From Eubacteriales bacterium (GTDB lineage Bacteria > Bacillota > Clostridia > Lachnospirales > JAVBJQ01), in the NCBI GenBank assembly GCA_031546905.1, contig JAVBJQ010000001.1:129104-193103 (forward strand): a stretch of DNA of 64,000 bases, read 5' to 3'. Each line of letters starts with the position of its first letter. Positions within the stretch are counted from its first letter, which is position 1. The position numbers and the translations under genes are program-made. This document shows, in pieces, positions 9,516-19,659 of the stretch. Below the pieces are notes generated by a model, which did no database searches, was not told where the DNA came from, and saw only the letters and a program-made list of their open reading frames with translations.

Positions 9516-9719
9516 TTGACTCAGACTTTATTTTGGTATAGTATATATAAGCATATGTGTAAATTTCGAAAACCTACTAATTTAGTGAACAAATATATAT
9601 AAATTATTTTCATTGCGTCCGATCGTGTGCTTGTAAACCATTTAAAGTGGATTTTCAAACACATCATTCATCTCAAGCAACGCAACGGCGCACGCTGTAA
9701 AAATAATTTATATTTTTTT
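9516..9719 (+). promoter_or_regulatory. opp promoter plus long structured leader ending in a terminator-like hairpin
   Basis: TTGACT (9516-9521) with TATAGT/TAGTAT (9537-9544). 9601-9617 pairs with 9693-9709 (10 consecutive A-U pairs plus GC closure). This encloses a nested imperfect hairpin (9627-9665) and is followed by a T-run (9713-9719). Confidence 0.45.
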
Positions 9720-9764
9720 AGAAACAAATTGGTATGAGTAAAATTAAAAAGGAGGTGTTTAACG

Positions 9765-10685
9765 ATGTTGATATATATTGCAAAAAGATTTTTATATTCT
9801 CTGCTTACCATTTATATCGTAATAACAATAACGTTTTTCTTAATGCACGCAATCCCTGGAAAGTTCTATGCAGGTGAAAAGGCTTTGCCTGCCAGCGTTA
9901 TGAAAAGTTTGGATGAAAAGTATGGTCTTGATAAACCACTGATGCAACAATACTTTATTAATGTATCAAACATAACAAAACTTGATTTTGGCGTTTCCAT
10001 GTACAAGCGTGGGAGAAGTGTAAACGACATTATAAAACAGCATTTTCCTGTGTCCGCTTTAATTGGAAGTGTTTCCATTATTCTTGCGCTGACATTCGGA
10101 ATTTTGTTTGGTATTATTGCTGCCATGTACCACAATAGATGGCAGGATTATTTGTTTATGTTTATTGCCACAATTGGGGTTACCATTCCTGGGTTTGTTA
10201 TGGCGTCCATTGCACAGTATATTTTTGGTGTTAAATTGGGAATTCTTCCAGTTATGCAACTTAAATCAGTGGCTCATATGGTGATGCCATGTATAACTTT
10301 GTCATTTTTCCCACTTTCTTTTATCACAAGATTAATTAGGTCAAGTATGCTTGAAGTAATGGAACAAGACTACGTAAGAACTGCTCGTTCAAAAGGTCTT
10401 TCTGAAAGACTTGTAGTGTACAAACATGCGCTTAAGAATGCGATACTTCCTGTTATTACGTATTTAGGACCAATGATTGCTTTTATTCTAACTGGTAGCT
10501 TCGTTATTGAAAAAATATTTGCAATTCCGGGGCTTGGAAGATTTTTTATTGAATCAATTGGAAATCGTGACTATACCGTTATCATGGGCACAACAGTTTT
10601 TCTTGCTTCGATTGTTATAGTGATGAATTTTATTGTTGATATTCTCTATTTACTAGTAGACCCAAGAATAAAATTAAATAAATGA
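9765..10685 (+). CDS. oppB: oligopeptide ABC transporter permease
   Basis: Binding-protein-dependent transport inner-membrane component with the EAA-loop region (YVRTARSKGLSE). Strong AGGAGG RBS. Confidence 0.88.
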   Translation: MLIYIAKRFLYSLLTIYIVITITFFLMHAIPGKFYAGEKALPASVMKSLDEKYGLDKPLMQQYFINVSNITKLDFGVSMYKRGRSVNDIIKQHFPVSALIGSVSIILALTFGILFGIIAAMYHNRWQDYLFMFIATIGVTIPGFVMASIAQYIFGVKLGILPVMQLKSVAHMVMPCITLSFFPLSFITRLIRSSMLEVMEQDYVRTARSKGLSERLVVYKHALKNAILPVITYLGPMIAFILTGSFVIEKIFAIPGLGRFFIESIGNRDYTVIMGTTVFLASIVIVMNFIVDILYLLVDPRIKLNK

Positions 10686-10698
10686 AAGTGTGGATAAT

Positions 10699-11664
10699 AT
10701 GAATGATAAATTTGAGCCTATTAATAAAAATGAGATAGCATTAGAACGCCAACTATCTGGACCAAGTTTAACTTATTGGCAAGACGTTTTAAGACGTTTG
10801 CGCAGAAATAAGGTGGCCATGGCAAGTTTGGTTTCTATCATTGTAATAATTTTAGTCGTTATATTTGTGCCTATGTTTATGCCATTTACGTATTCAGACC
10901 AATTAAGAGGGCAAGAAAGTCTTTTCCCTAATATAAATCACATTTTTGGGACAGACCAACTAGGCCGTGATATGTTTGTTCGTATTCTTTATGGGGCTAG
11001 AATTTCGTTGGCAGTAGGCATTGTGGCAGCGATTATTAATCTTACCATTGGGGTTTTGTACGGCGGAATCGCAGGTTATGCTGGTGGGAAAGTAGATACA
11101 GTAATGATGCGTATTGTGGATATTTTATATAGCGTTCCCGATATGCTTTACATCATTTTGCTTATGGTTGTTCTTGGTAGTGCAAAAGAAATTTTTGATG
11201 CACCAGCCTTTGCACTTTTAAAAGGAATTGGCGGAACAAAATTGATTAGCGTTTTCATTGCAATTGGTATTTCTTACTGGCTAGGAATGGCAAGAATTGT
11301 AAGAGGTCAAATCCTTAGCTTAAAGCAACAAGAGTATGTGACTGCGGCAAGGGCTTTAGGTGCAGGCAGACGTAGAATTTTATTTAGACATTTACTTCCT
11401 AACTGTATAGGAACCATTATCGTTACGGTTACGCTTCAAATTCCTACCGCTATATTTACAGAATCTTTTTTAAGCTTCATCGGGTTGGGTGTTGATGCAC
11501 CGATGGCGAGCCTTGGAAGTTTGGCTTCTGACGGGTTGGCTTTGGTGAGAAGTTACCCATATCAATTGATTTTTCCGGCACTTGCAATATGTTTGATTAT
11601 ATTATCTTTTAATCTTTTGGGTGACGGTTTATCAGAAGCATTAGACCCAAGAATGAGAAAGTAG
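10699..11664 (+). CDS. oppC: oligopeptide ABC transporter permease
   Basis: OppC-type N-terminus (SLTYWQDVLRRLRRNKVAM), FGTDQLGRD motif and EAA loop (YVTAARALGAG). Confidence 0.88.
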   Translation: MNDKFEPINKNEIALERQLSGPSLTYWQDVLRRLRRNKVAMASLVSIIVIILVVIFVPMFMPFTYSDQLRGQESLFPNINHIFGTDQLGRDMFVRILYGARISLAVGIVAAIINLTIGVLYGGIAGYAGGKVDTVMMRIVDILYSVPDMLYIILLMVVLGSAKEIFDAPAFALLKGIGGTKLISVFIAIGISYWLGMARIVRGQILSLKQQEYVTAARALGAGRRRILFRHLLPNCIGTIIVTVTLQIPTAIFTESFLSFIGLGVDAPMASLGSLASDGLALVRSYPYQLIFPALAICLIILSFNLLGDGLSEALDPRMRK

Positions 11665-11672
11665 GAAAATTT

Positions 11673-12674
11673 ATGAGTATATTAACAATAGAAAATGTAA
11701 AAACCGAATTTAAAACTTATGCTGGCAGGGTTATGGCGCTGAACGGAATTTCTATTGATGTGGCAGAAGGGGAAGTAATGGGCATCGTTGGAGAATCGGG
11801 AAGTGGTAAAAGTGTTACCATGCTTTCGGTTTTAAAACTCCTTTCTGACAACGGAAGAATGGTTGAGGGAAAAGTAACTTTTCAGGGTAGGGATATTACC
11901 AATTACTCAAAAAAACAAATGCAATCTGTTCGTGGCGGGGAAATAGGAATGATTTTTCAAGACCCCCTTACCAGTTTAAATCCAGTTTTTACAATTGGAA
12001 GCCAGTTGTATGAGCAACTGTTTGCCCACAAAAAAGTAAAAACAAAAGAAGAAGCAAAAAAAAGAGCCATTGAACTTTTGAATCTTGTTGGTATTCCAGA
12101 GCCAGAAAGAAGGCTGAAGCAATATCCTCATGAATTTAGTGGTGGGATGAGACAACGTGTGATGATTGCCATGGCACTTTCTTGTTCACCTAAACTTTTA
12201 ATTGCGGATGAACCTACAACTGCTCTTGATGTTACTATTCAAGCTCAAATTATTGAACTTCTGAAAGAACTGAGAAAAAAATTAAACATGGCGATTATTT
12301 TAATAACCCATGATTTGGGTTTGGTTGCAGATATTTGTGATCGAATTACGGTTATGTACGGTGGAATTGTTTGCGAACAAGGAACCGTCGACCAAATATT
12401 TTACAATCCTTCCCATGAATATACAAAAGGACTACTGAAATGTATTCCGAAGACAGACAGCGATCGAACTGAGAAACTTGTTCCAATTGAGGGACATCCT
12501 CCGAATATGCTTATTCCACAAAAAGGTTGTCCATTTTTAGACCGTTGTGATAGAGCCATGAATGCTTGTAGAACAATGCCAGACAGAACAACGGTGGAAG
12601 CAGGTCATATTACGTATTGTTGGGAATATGTAAGACGTTGCAGTAATGAAAGTGGTGAACAAAAAAATGGCTGA
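11673..12674 (+). CDS. oppD: oligopeptide ABC transporter ATP-binding protein
   Basis: Walker A GESGSGKS, signature FSGGMRQR, Walker B LLIADEPTTALD, and the oligopeptide C-terminal Cys-containing extension. Confidence 0.9.
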   Translation: MSILTIENVKTEFKTYAGRVMALNGISIDVAEGEVMGIVGESGSGKSVTMLSVLKLLSDNGRMVEGKVTFQGRDITNYSKKQMQSVRGGEIGMIFQDPLTSLNPVFTIGSQLYEQLFAHKKVKTKEEAKKRAIELLNLVGIPEPERRLKQYPHEFSGGMRQRVMIAMALSCSPKLLIADEPTTALDVTIQAQIIELLKELRKKLNMAIILITHDLGLVADICDRITVMYGGIVCEQGTVDQIFYNPSHEYTKGLLKCIPKTDSDRTEKLVPIEGHPPNMLIPQKGCPFLDRCDRAMNACRTMPDRTTVEAGHITYCWEYVRRCSNESGEQKNG

Positions 12675-13632
12675 GAAACCTTTAATTGAAGCAAGAAATT
12701 TAAAAAAGTTTTTCAACGTAAAAAGTGGAGCACTGGGAACTGCAACCCAAACATTAAAAGCAGTTGATGATGTAAGTTTTTCCATTAACAAAGGTGAAAC
12801 CCTTGGCATTGTTGGGGAGAGTGGTTGCGGAAAAACCACCACAGGTAGAACACTTATTCGTCTTTATGAACCGACAGCCGGAAGTATTATTTACAACGGG
12901 GAAGATATTACAAAAGTAAAAATGCTTCCTTACCGTAAAAAAATACAAATTATTTTTCAAGATCCATATGCTTCCTTAAATCCTCGTATGACGGTAGAAG
13001 ATATTATTGGTGAACCGTTAGACATTCATAAACTTGCAAAGGGAAAAGACCGTCGTGATAAGATAGCAAGTCTTCTTGACACAGTGGGTTTAAATAAAGA
13101 ACATGCCAATCGCTATCCTCATGAGTTTAGTGGTGGCCAACGTCAAAGAATTGGTATTGCCAGAGCTTTGGCCGTTGAACCTGAGTTAATTGTGTGTGAC
13201 GAACCAATATCCGCATTAGATGTTTCTATTCAAGCTCAAATTATAAATATGTTGGAAGAACTTCAAGATAAAATGGGTCTTGCTTATCTTTTTATTGCCC
13301 ATGACCTTTCTATGGTGAAACATATAAGTAAAAATATCGGGGTTATGTATTTAGGAAAAATGGTGGAAATTGGGGATGCTAACGAAATATATCAAAACCC
13401 AATGCACCCTTATACAAAAGCTTTGCTTTCTGCCAATCCAGTTGCTGACCCTAGGGCAAGCCGTGAAAAAACAAGAATTGTAATTGAAGGTGATTTGCCA
13501 AGTCCTATTAACCCACCTTCGGGTTGCCGTTTTAGAACTCGTTGCCCTTATGCAAAACCTGTTTGTGCGGAACAAGAACCTCCTTTAAAGGAAGTTTCGC
13601 CAGGTCGTAAAGCTGCTTGTCATTTATATTAG
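12667..13632 (+). CDS. oppF: oligopeptide ABC transporter ATP-binding protein
   Basis: Walker A GESGCGKTT, signature FSGGQRQR, Walker B LIVCDEPISALD, C-terminal SGCRFRTRCP. Start placed at ATG 12667, overlapping the oppD stop by 8 nt. Confidence 0.9.
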   Translation: MAEKPLIEARNLKKFFNVKSGALGTATQTLKAVDDVSFSINKGETLGIVGESGCGKTTTGRTLIRLYEPTAGSIIYNGEDITKVKMLPYRKKIQIIFQDPYASLNPRMTVEDIIGEPLDIHKLAKGKDRRDKIASLLDTVGLNKEHANRYPHEFSGGQRQRIGIARALAVEPELIVCDEPISALDVSIQAQIINMLEELQDKMGLAYLFIAHDLSMVKHISKNIGVMYLGKMVEIGDANEIYQNPMHPYTKALLSANPVADPRASREKTRIVIEGDLPSPINPPSGCRFRTRCPYAKPVCAEQEPPLKEVSPGRKAACHLY

Positions 13633-13912
13633 TTAGATTCCTTTTAATGCTTGCAATCAAATGAGCATGAAATGAAGATCAGTTTCTAAATTTCGACAAG
13701 TCAATTCACATTTTTGTAGTATACTGATGAAGGTTTATTATTTATTTTCCTTGACAGTGATATGGTTTATTCAAATGGATGTAGCAATACCTTTAGAAAA
13801 CTAAACTTGCTAAAATTTTATTTTAGCAGATGGAGAAGGGGAGCTTTATAAAGGCTCACCTTTTCCATAAGTTTTAATACAAAATATAAAGAGGGAAGAA
13901 AGGGGAAGTTGT

Positions 13913-15577
13913 ATGTTAAAGAAAAAGCCTTTACTGAAAACGTTGTCTGCTATGTTGGTTGTGACAATGTTAGGGGGAGCTCTTGCAGGATGTGCTGCAA
14001 AGAAAGAAACACCAACTACTGAAACACCAGCAACAGAAACGCCAGCAAAAAATACGGCGCCACAAAAAATTCGTGCCATTGTTGGTGCTGAGCCAAGATT
14101 TCTTGATCCAGGTCTAAACAATGCAAATGATGGTGGAATGTATATTGACCATTGCTTTGAAGGTTTAACCAGAGAAGACAAAGACGGAAAAACTGTTCCA
14201 GGAGTTGCAGAAAGTTGGGATATTTCTCCAGATGGATTAAAGTATACTTTCCATTTAAGAGATACAAAATGGACTGATGGTAAGCCTGTTACTGCAAAAG
14301 ATTTTGAATATTCTTGGAAAAGAGTGCTAGATCCTAAAGTTGCTTCTGAATATTCCTACATAATGTACTACCTTGTGAACGGTGAAGAATATAACAATGA
14401 AAAAGTGGCTGCTGACCAAGTAGGCGTTAAAGCACTTGATGACAAAACACTTGAAGTTAATTTAATTGCACCTACTGCTTATTTCTTACAATTATGTACA
14501 TTTACTACTTTTAAACCAGTTAGATCTGATGTTGTAGAAGCAAACGGCGACGCTTGGGTTCAAAAACCAGAAACTTATATTTCTAACGGTGCTTTCAAAA
14601 TGCAAAAATGGGGTCATAACGAAGAACTTATTCTCGTTAAAAATGACAACTATTGGGATAAAGCAAATGTTCCTTTAGATGAAATTGATTTCGTATTCCA
14701 AGAAGATGATGCAGCTGCGTTAAGTGCTTTTGAAGCTGGCGAAGTTGATGTTAACTATGAACATATGCCTCCTGCTGAAATTCCTAGATTGGTTTCAGAA
14801 GGAAAATACGGCAAAGTTATTTATCCTAACTTAGCGATTTACTATTATGACTTAAACAACAAAAAACCACCACTTGACAATCCTAAAGTTAGGCAAGCAC
14901 TTTCTTTAGCGATTGACAGACAATTTATTGTTGACAAAGTTACCATGGCTGGACAAATTCCTGCAAAAGGCATTATTCCAGACGGCGTTCGTGGAACTGA
15001 AAAAACATTTAGAGAAGAATATCCAAGTTACTTACAACCAACTGCTGATGTAGCAAAAGCAAAAGCTTTACTTGCAGAAGCTGGTTTCCCAGACGGAAAA
15101 GGTTTCCCAACTGACCTTGAAATTTCTTATAACACAAGTGAAGGTCATAAAAAAGTTGCAGAAGCAATTCAACAAATGTGGAAAGATAACTTAGGAGTAG
15201 ATATTAAACTTACAAACTTAGAATGGTCTGTATTCCAAGACAAACGTAAAACAAAAGATTTCGATATGGCGAGAGATGGTTGGACAGCTGACTACGACGA
15301 TCCAATGACATTTATGTTGTTTACTGAAGGTGGCGGAAATAACAATTCTAACTGGTCAAACAAAGCGTATGATGAACAAGTTAAAATTGCAAACACATCT
15401 CCTGACACCAAAACTCGTATGGATGCAATGGCAAAAGCCGAAGAAGTTTTGATGAACGAAATGGGTGTTATGCCTATTTATACTTATGTAGAAAAAGTTT
15501 TGGTAACTCCTAAAGTAAAAGATATGTATATCAGTCCATTAGGAAAAGTAAACTTCATTTACGCTCATATGGAATAA
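13913..15577 (+). CDS. oppA: oligopeptide-binding lipoprotein (family 5 solute-binding protein)
   Basis: Signal peptide with lipobox LAGC, a Thr/Pro linker, then an SBP_bac_5-like body. It is the last gene of the oppBCDFA order and is preceded by a 280-nt spacer. Confidence 0.88.
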   Translation: MLKKKPLLKTLSAMLVVTMLGGALAGCAAKKETPTTETPATETPAKNTAPQKIRAIVGAEPRFLDPGLNNANDGGMYIDHCFEGLTREDKDGKTVPGVAESWDISPDGLKYTFHLRDTKWTDGKPVTAKDFEYSWKRVLDPKVASEYSYIMYYLVNGEEYNNEKVAADQVGVKALDDKTLEVNLIAPTAYFLQLCTFTTFKPVRSDVVEANGDAWVQKPETYISNGAFKMQKWGHNEELILVKNDNYWDKANVPLDEIDFVFQEDDAAALSAFEAGEVDVNYEHMPPAEIPRLVSEGKYGKVIYPNLAIYYYDLNNKKPPLDNPKVRQALSLAIDRQFIVDKVTMAGQIPAKGIIPDGVRGTEKTFREEYPSYLQPTADVAKAKALLAEAGFPDGKGFPTDLEISYNTSEGHKKVAEAIQQMWKDNLGVDIKLTNLEWSVFQDKRKTKDFDMARDGWTADYDDPMTFMLFTEGGGNNNSNWSNKAYDEQVKIANTSPDTKTRMDAMAKAEEVLMNEMGVMPIYTYVEKVLVTPKVKDMYISPLGKVNFIYAHME

Positions 15578-15581
15578 TAAT

Positions 15582-15625
15582 AAAAAAACACACCACTTGC
15601 ATTTTGCAAGTGGTGTGTTTTTTTG
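15582..15625. terminator. bidirectional terminator (oppA / PBP1A)
   Basis: AAAAAAACACACCACTTGCA-ttt-TGCAAGTGGTGTGTTTTTTT. Confidence 0.85.
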
Positions 15626-15646
15626 TGTAATAAATATATTGAAACC

Positions 15647-18343
15647 CTATTGTACAAAATTAAAATTATCAATGCTAGGCGTAGGATTCGGGTCGGTGCT
15701 AGGGCTAGGAGTAACAATGGGTTGCTCAGGTGCAGGTGTTACACCGTTTTGGGTGTTACTGTGTGGATCTTCAATATATAAATCATTGTTTGGAACAATT
15801 GGTTGTTCCGATTCATTTGGTGTAGGTTGGTTGGTAGAAGACTGAGGCCCATGAACCGTACAATAATCTGTTGGTGCTAAGTTTCGTTTTGCGATGTCTT
15901 CTGGTGATAAGTTGGCTGTATTTTGTCCAATGACTTTTACCACTTCTTTTACTAGGTCTGCCGGACAATATTCCGTAGCCAGTTTGTTGGTAGAAGTATC
16001 AATTTTCACCCTTGCATGGACACTGCAACTTTCAGTAGGTTGGGTTCCTGTTGCAAAGTATTCATACCTTACCTTTGAACCAGTTGGGTCGCTGTCACAT
16101 AAGCCATCGACGGCAAGTTTCCCAGAAACCGTACAAAGTTTTACACTTTTAACATCTGCCGGTTTTTCAAAATCTTTGTAGGGAAGATCTTTATGAATTT
16201 GCTCCATAATATTTGACCATAAAAGCAAGTGATAACTTTTATCATATCGTAATGGTTTTGGTTTGTCATGACCAAGCCAAATACCGGCAACATAATAAGG
16301 GGTGAAACCTGCAAACGTAAGGTCTTTGTCGTCGCTTGTTGTTCCTGTTTTTCCTGAAATCGGCATTTTAATTTTTTTAAATGCAGCCAATTTACCTGTT
16401 CCAGAAGTAATAACATCTTTCATCATATCGGTTAACAAAAATGCAGTAGATTTTTTAATAACTTGTCGTGGTGCTGGCACATTTTCAAGAAATACATTGC
16501 CATCGTGGTCCAACACTTTTGTATAAAAAATTGGTTTGTTATACACGCCTTCATTTGCAATTGCAGCATAGGCAGCTGTCATTTCTAAGGGAGTCACGCC
16601 ATCGGTAAGGCCACCAAGGGCAGTTGAAGCAGTTTTATCAGAGAAAACTTGACCATTTCTTTCTTCTGAATCAACTAAAGTAGTGAAGCCTAAATTAATT
16701 AAGTAGTCATAGCAAGTTTGAATTCCTGTGTTCATCATTGTTTTTACAGCCAATATGTTCATGGAATCTCTTATCCCAACTCGAACAGTGGAAGGCCCTC
16801 GATAACCGCTATACCAGTTTTTAGGTTCATAACCTCCAATTTTGTATGGCTCGTCGTTGATGATGGTAGCTGGTGTTACTTTTCCCGTGTCAATGGCTGG
16901 AAGATACGCTGCTAAAACTTTAAAAACGGAACCAGGTTGACGAACTGCTTGGGTTGCACGGTTAAAAGTTCTATCTCCTAGCTTTTCACCTCTGCCTCCA
17001 ACGAGGACTTTTACTTCTCCTGTATGTGGATCCATCAAAACAAAGGCAGATTGGGGTTCAATAATTGCTTCATAGGAATCTTTTACAATTTTATCCCCAG
17101 CATCCGTAAATTCTTTTCGCACACCCGCCACAAAAGTATCAACTTCTCCTTTGTTTTTTACAGTGCCGTCACGTTTTATTACTTCTTGTTTTTTTGTAAT
17201 GGACTTCTCAATATTTGCTCGGTAGGTTATTTTAATAGAATAATCCTTTGGTGGAAAAAGGGCATCGTTTTTATAAGCATTATCGGCAATTTTTTGCATA
17301 TCTGTGTTTTGTGTAGAAACAATAGTTAAACCACCACTGTAAATCAAATTGAAACTTTGGTTTGGACTCATTCCTTTTTGCACTTTTAAATCTTCTGCCA
17401 ATGTTTCGATTAATTGATCCGTGAAATAACTGTGGTGTGACTCGGTTGCTTCCAACTGTTCTGCGGCATTTGCCACTTCTTCGTAGACAGGCTCTGCCAA
17501 CGCTGCATCATGCTCGCTTTGGCTTATCATTTTTAGGTCTAACATTTTTCCGAGCACTAATTTTTGGCGTTCACGATTATTTTCAGGTTTTAAGATTGGC
17601 GTAAACTTAGAGGGATTTTTTGTAATAGCTGCCAAAACAGCACTTTCCCCTAAGGTTAACTCCGAAACATCTTTATTAAAATACCGTTGAGCAGCAGATT
17701 TAACACCACTTAAACCGTGGTTTAGTCCCAAGGTATTTAAGTACAATTCCAAAATATAATCTTTAGCCGCCTTTTTTGAACCCAGCATAGTAGCAAGTTG
17801 CTTCTCATACTCTAAGGCAAGGTATTGTTCTTGTAACTTACGTTTAAACTTTTTTTCGTTATTTTGGATAACGTTATTTTTAATTAATTGCTGTGTAATG
17901 GTACTTGCGCCTTCATCAAGGGATAATGTTTGAATATCTTTTACAACGGCACGCATCATCCCTCTTATATCGATGCCGTTATGGGTGTAAAATCTTTCGT
18001 CTTCAATTGCAATAACGGCATTTTGAAGATTTTTTGGGATTTCAGCAAGGGTTGCATACTCTCTGTTTTCTTCCCCATGAAGCCTGTCTAATTCGTTGCC
18101 ATTTTCATCTACAATAATCGTATTGTAGGATTGAGGAACAATTTGCATTAAATTTAGTGGCGGTGCGCTGTCCACAATTCCTAAATAAATGCCAAGACCT
18201 CCACCAACAACGGCAAAACTTCCTAGTAATATAATGATAATAAAAGTTCGTAATAAAATTGTGCCAACTTTATTTTTTCTTTTTTTTGCTTTTGACCTAT
18301 AATTTTTTTTGCTTTTTTGGTTGGCATCTTTTCCATAGTCCAT
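15647..18343 (-). CDS. class A penicillin-binding protein (glycosyltransferase/transpeptidase, PBP1A type)
   Basis: TM anchor, GT51 motifs (AIEDERFYTHNGID, GASTITQQL), and a transpeptidase module with SVFK, SMN and KTGTT motifs. Pro/Thr/Asn-rich C-terminal tail. Start at ATG 18343 with a GGAGG RBS. Confidence 0.9.
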   Translation of the reverse strand: MDYGKDANQKSKKNYRSKAKKRKNKVGTILLRTFIIIILLGSFAVVGGGLGIYLGIVDSAPPLNLMQIVPQSYNTIIVDENGNELDRLHGEENREYATLAEIPKNLQNAVIAIEDERFYTHNGIDIRGMMRAVVKDIQTLSLDEGASTITQQLIKNNVIQNNEKKFKRKLQEQYLALEYEKQLATMLGSKKAAKDYILELYLNTLGLNHGLSGVKSAAQRYFNKDVSELTLGESAVLAAITKNPSKFTPILKPENNRERQKLVLGKMLDLKMISQSEHDAALAEPVYEEVANAAEQLEATESHHSYFTDQLIETLAEDLKVQKGMSPNQSFNLIYSGGLTIVSTQNTDMQKIADNAYKNDALFPPKDYSIKITYRANIEKSITKKQEVIKRDGTVKNKGEVDTFVAGVRKEFTDAGDKIVKDSYEAIIEPQSAFVLMDPHTGEVKVLVGGRGEKLGDRTFNRATQAVRQPGSVFKVLAAYLPAIDTGKVTPATIINDEPYKIGGYEPKNWYSGYRGPSTVRVGIRDSMNILAVKTMMNTGIQTCYDYLINLGFTTLVDSEERNGQVFSDKTASTALGGLTDGVTPLEMTAAYAAIANEGVYNKPIFYTKVLDHDGNVFLENVPAPRQVIKKSTAFLLTDMMKDVITSGTGKLAAFKKIKMPISGKTGTTSDDKDLTFAGFTPYYVAGIWLGHDKPKPLRYDKSYHLLLWSNIMEQIHKDLPYKDFEKPADVKSVKLCTVSGKLAVDGLCDSDPTGSKVRYEYFATGTQPTESCSVHARVKIDTSTNKLATEYCPADLVKEVVKVIGQNTANLSPEDIAKRNLAPTDYCTVHGPQSSTNQPTPNESEQPIVPNNDLYIEDPHSNTQNGVTPAPEQPIVTPSPSTDPNPTPSIDNFNFVQ

Positions 18344-18596
18344 TTTTAAAAGACCTCCTTTATGCAAGTCAATTATATAATACGGAAGGTTTTACGTAAA
18401 GGGTATTATAAAATCATTTTTATTTACTTTTTTTGTAGAAAAAAATGTTATTGGCAAACATTTTCCTTGATAGATAAATTTGGACGGGTTATAAAAAAAA
18501 TTTCTGAAAATAATAATAAGAGAAATAAAAAAATACGATAGCGTTTATGAGAGGGAACTTTCAAACACGCTATCGTTTTAATAGTGGGGTGAATGA

Positions 18597-18734
18597 ATGA
18601 ATATTAATTGTACGAATAATTGTAGACACCAGGCAGACGGTTTATGTACGCTCACAGAACTCCCATCGTTAAGTCAAATGAGTAATTTTGAAGATGATAT
18701 TGATTGCCCTTATTGTGATCGTGGTACGAATTAG
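18597..18734 (+). CDS. 45-aa cysteine-rich small protein (DUF1540-like C-x3-C-x-H-x5-C pattern)
   Basis: Not in the ORF track because it falls below the length cutoff. Sequence MNINCTNNCRHQADGLCTLTELPSLSQMSNFEDDIDCPYCDRGTN. A GGGGTG RBS-like purine tract lies upstream, and the stop is embedded in the hairpin terminator at 18731-18756. Confidence 0.45.
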   Translation: MNINCTNNCRHQADGLCTLTELPSLSQMSNFEDDIDCPYCDRGTN

Positions 18735-18756
18735 CGTGAATCAATATTCACGCTAA
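18731..18756. terminator. bidirectional hairpin between the sORF and yunB
   Basis: TTAGCGTGAAT-caat-ATTCACGCTAA, a perfect 11-bp stem. Confidence 0.65.
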
Positions 18757-19427
18757 TTGACACTTTTGATAATGGTGCCGTCTTTTGAATTTAAATAAGT
18801 GGAAGGAACTTCTCCGCTAATAATGGTGTTCACCAAAGGTAGTCGTCGTGAAACGGTTATTTCCTCTTGTTTCAAGGGGTTTACAAGTTGCACATGAGTT
18901 TCGATGTTAAGCCAAATTTGAAAATTAATTTGATTAATCCCAACAGACTCAAAGGCAGATTCATAATTTACGACGGCGTTTCCTCGGTGCAAAATAGAAA
19001 TGCCATATTTGGGACCAGTATTTGAAATGGCATCAATGCCTGTTAATGCTCCAATGGGAACCGAAACTTTTTGAGGTTCCATGGTAGAAAGTTGTTGGGA
19101 AATATCTTCCCCCACTTTTCCACAAATTTCATTAATAAGAACGGTGTTAATGGAAATAGATTTATTTTTTTCACTATCATTCACTTCTCGTTTAATAAAG
19201 TCATTAGAAGTAACGTCCATTTGCTGAATTATTTTTTGTACGGAAGTGTTAATGGCAGTATTAATTTGTGTTTTTGTTTTGTTGTCAGAAACAGCAATGA
19301 CAATGGGTAGCATTTTTGTATTAATGTTATTGACTAAATAAACACCGAAAAAAAGTATCAAAACAACGAAGAGCAGCTTTGCAAGAGGAAAGCTGTTTTT
19401 TTTATGGTAGCCCATTGTTTTTCTCAT
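18753..19427 (-). CDS. yunB: sporulation protein YunB-like
   Basis: About 220 aa with a single N-terminal TM helix and the overall YunB-family layout. It lies next to a PBP gene, as is common in clostridia. Assigned from memory of the family, with no diagnostic motif checked. Confidence 0.5.
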   Translation of the reverse strand: MRKTMGYHKKNSFPLAKLLFVVLILFFGVYLVNNINTKMLPIVIAVSDNKTKTQINTAINTSVQKIIQQMDVTSNDFIKREVNDSEKNKSISINTVLINEICGKVGEDISQQLSTMEPQKVSVPIGALTGIDAISNTGPKYGISILHRGNAVVNYESAFESVGINQINFQIWLNIETHVQLVNPLKQEEITVSRRLPLVNTIISGEVPSTYLNSKDGTIIKSVN

Positions 19428-19659
19428 AAAATCACCTGGTTTGATTATACTGCCAACGGTCTGAAATTATTAAGGTGCAGGCCGTTGCAGATAGCTTTAT
19501 ATATATCATATGCAAAGGCTTGCTCAAAAGAGTATCATTTTATTCAAGATGTGCTTATATTACAGTTTCATTTCAAGTTAGACAAAATTCTTCATAGAAA
19601 CTTTTTTTCTGCTATAATTGAAGTAAAAAAGTTTAAAAGATTTTATGGAGGACAATATT

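Noticed and set aside
9561-9574. Possible CodY box (AAATTTCGAAAACC) in the opp leader
   Set aside because: It matches the AATTTTCWGAAAATT consensus only if the central base is deleted and three mismatches are allowed. That is too weak in AT-rich DNA.
9550-9720. T-box or other known riboswitch in the opp leader
   Set aside because: I could find no T-box sequence (AAUUAGGGUGGUACCGCG-like), no specifier-loop layout, and no other class signature. I kept it only as an unclassified structured leader.
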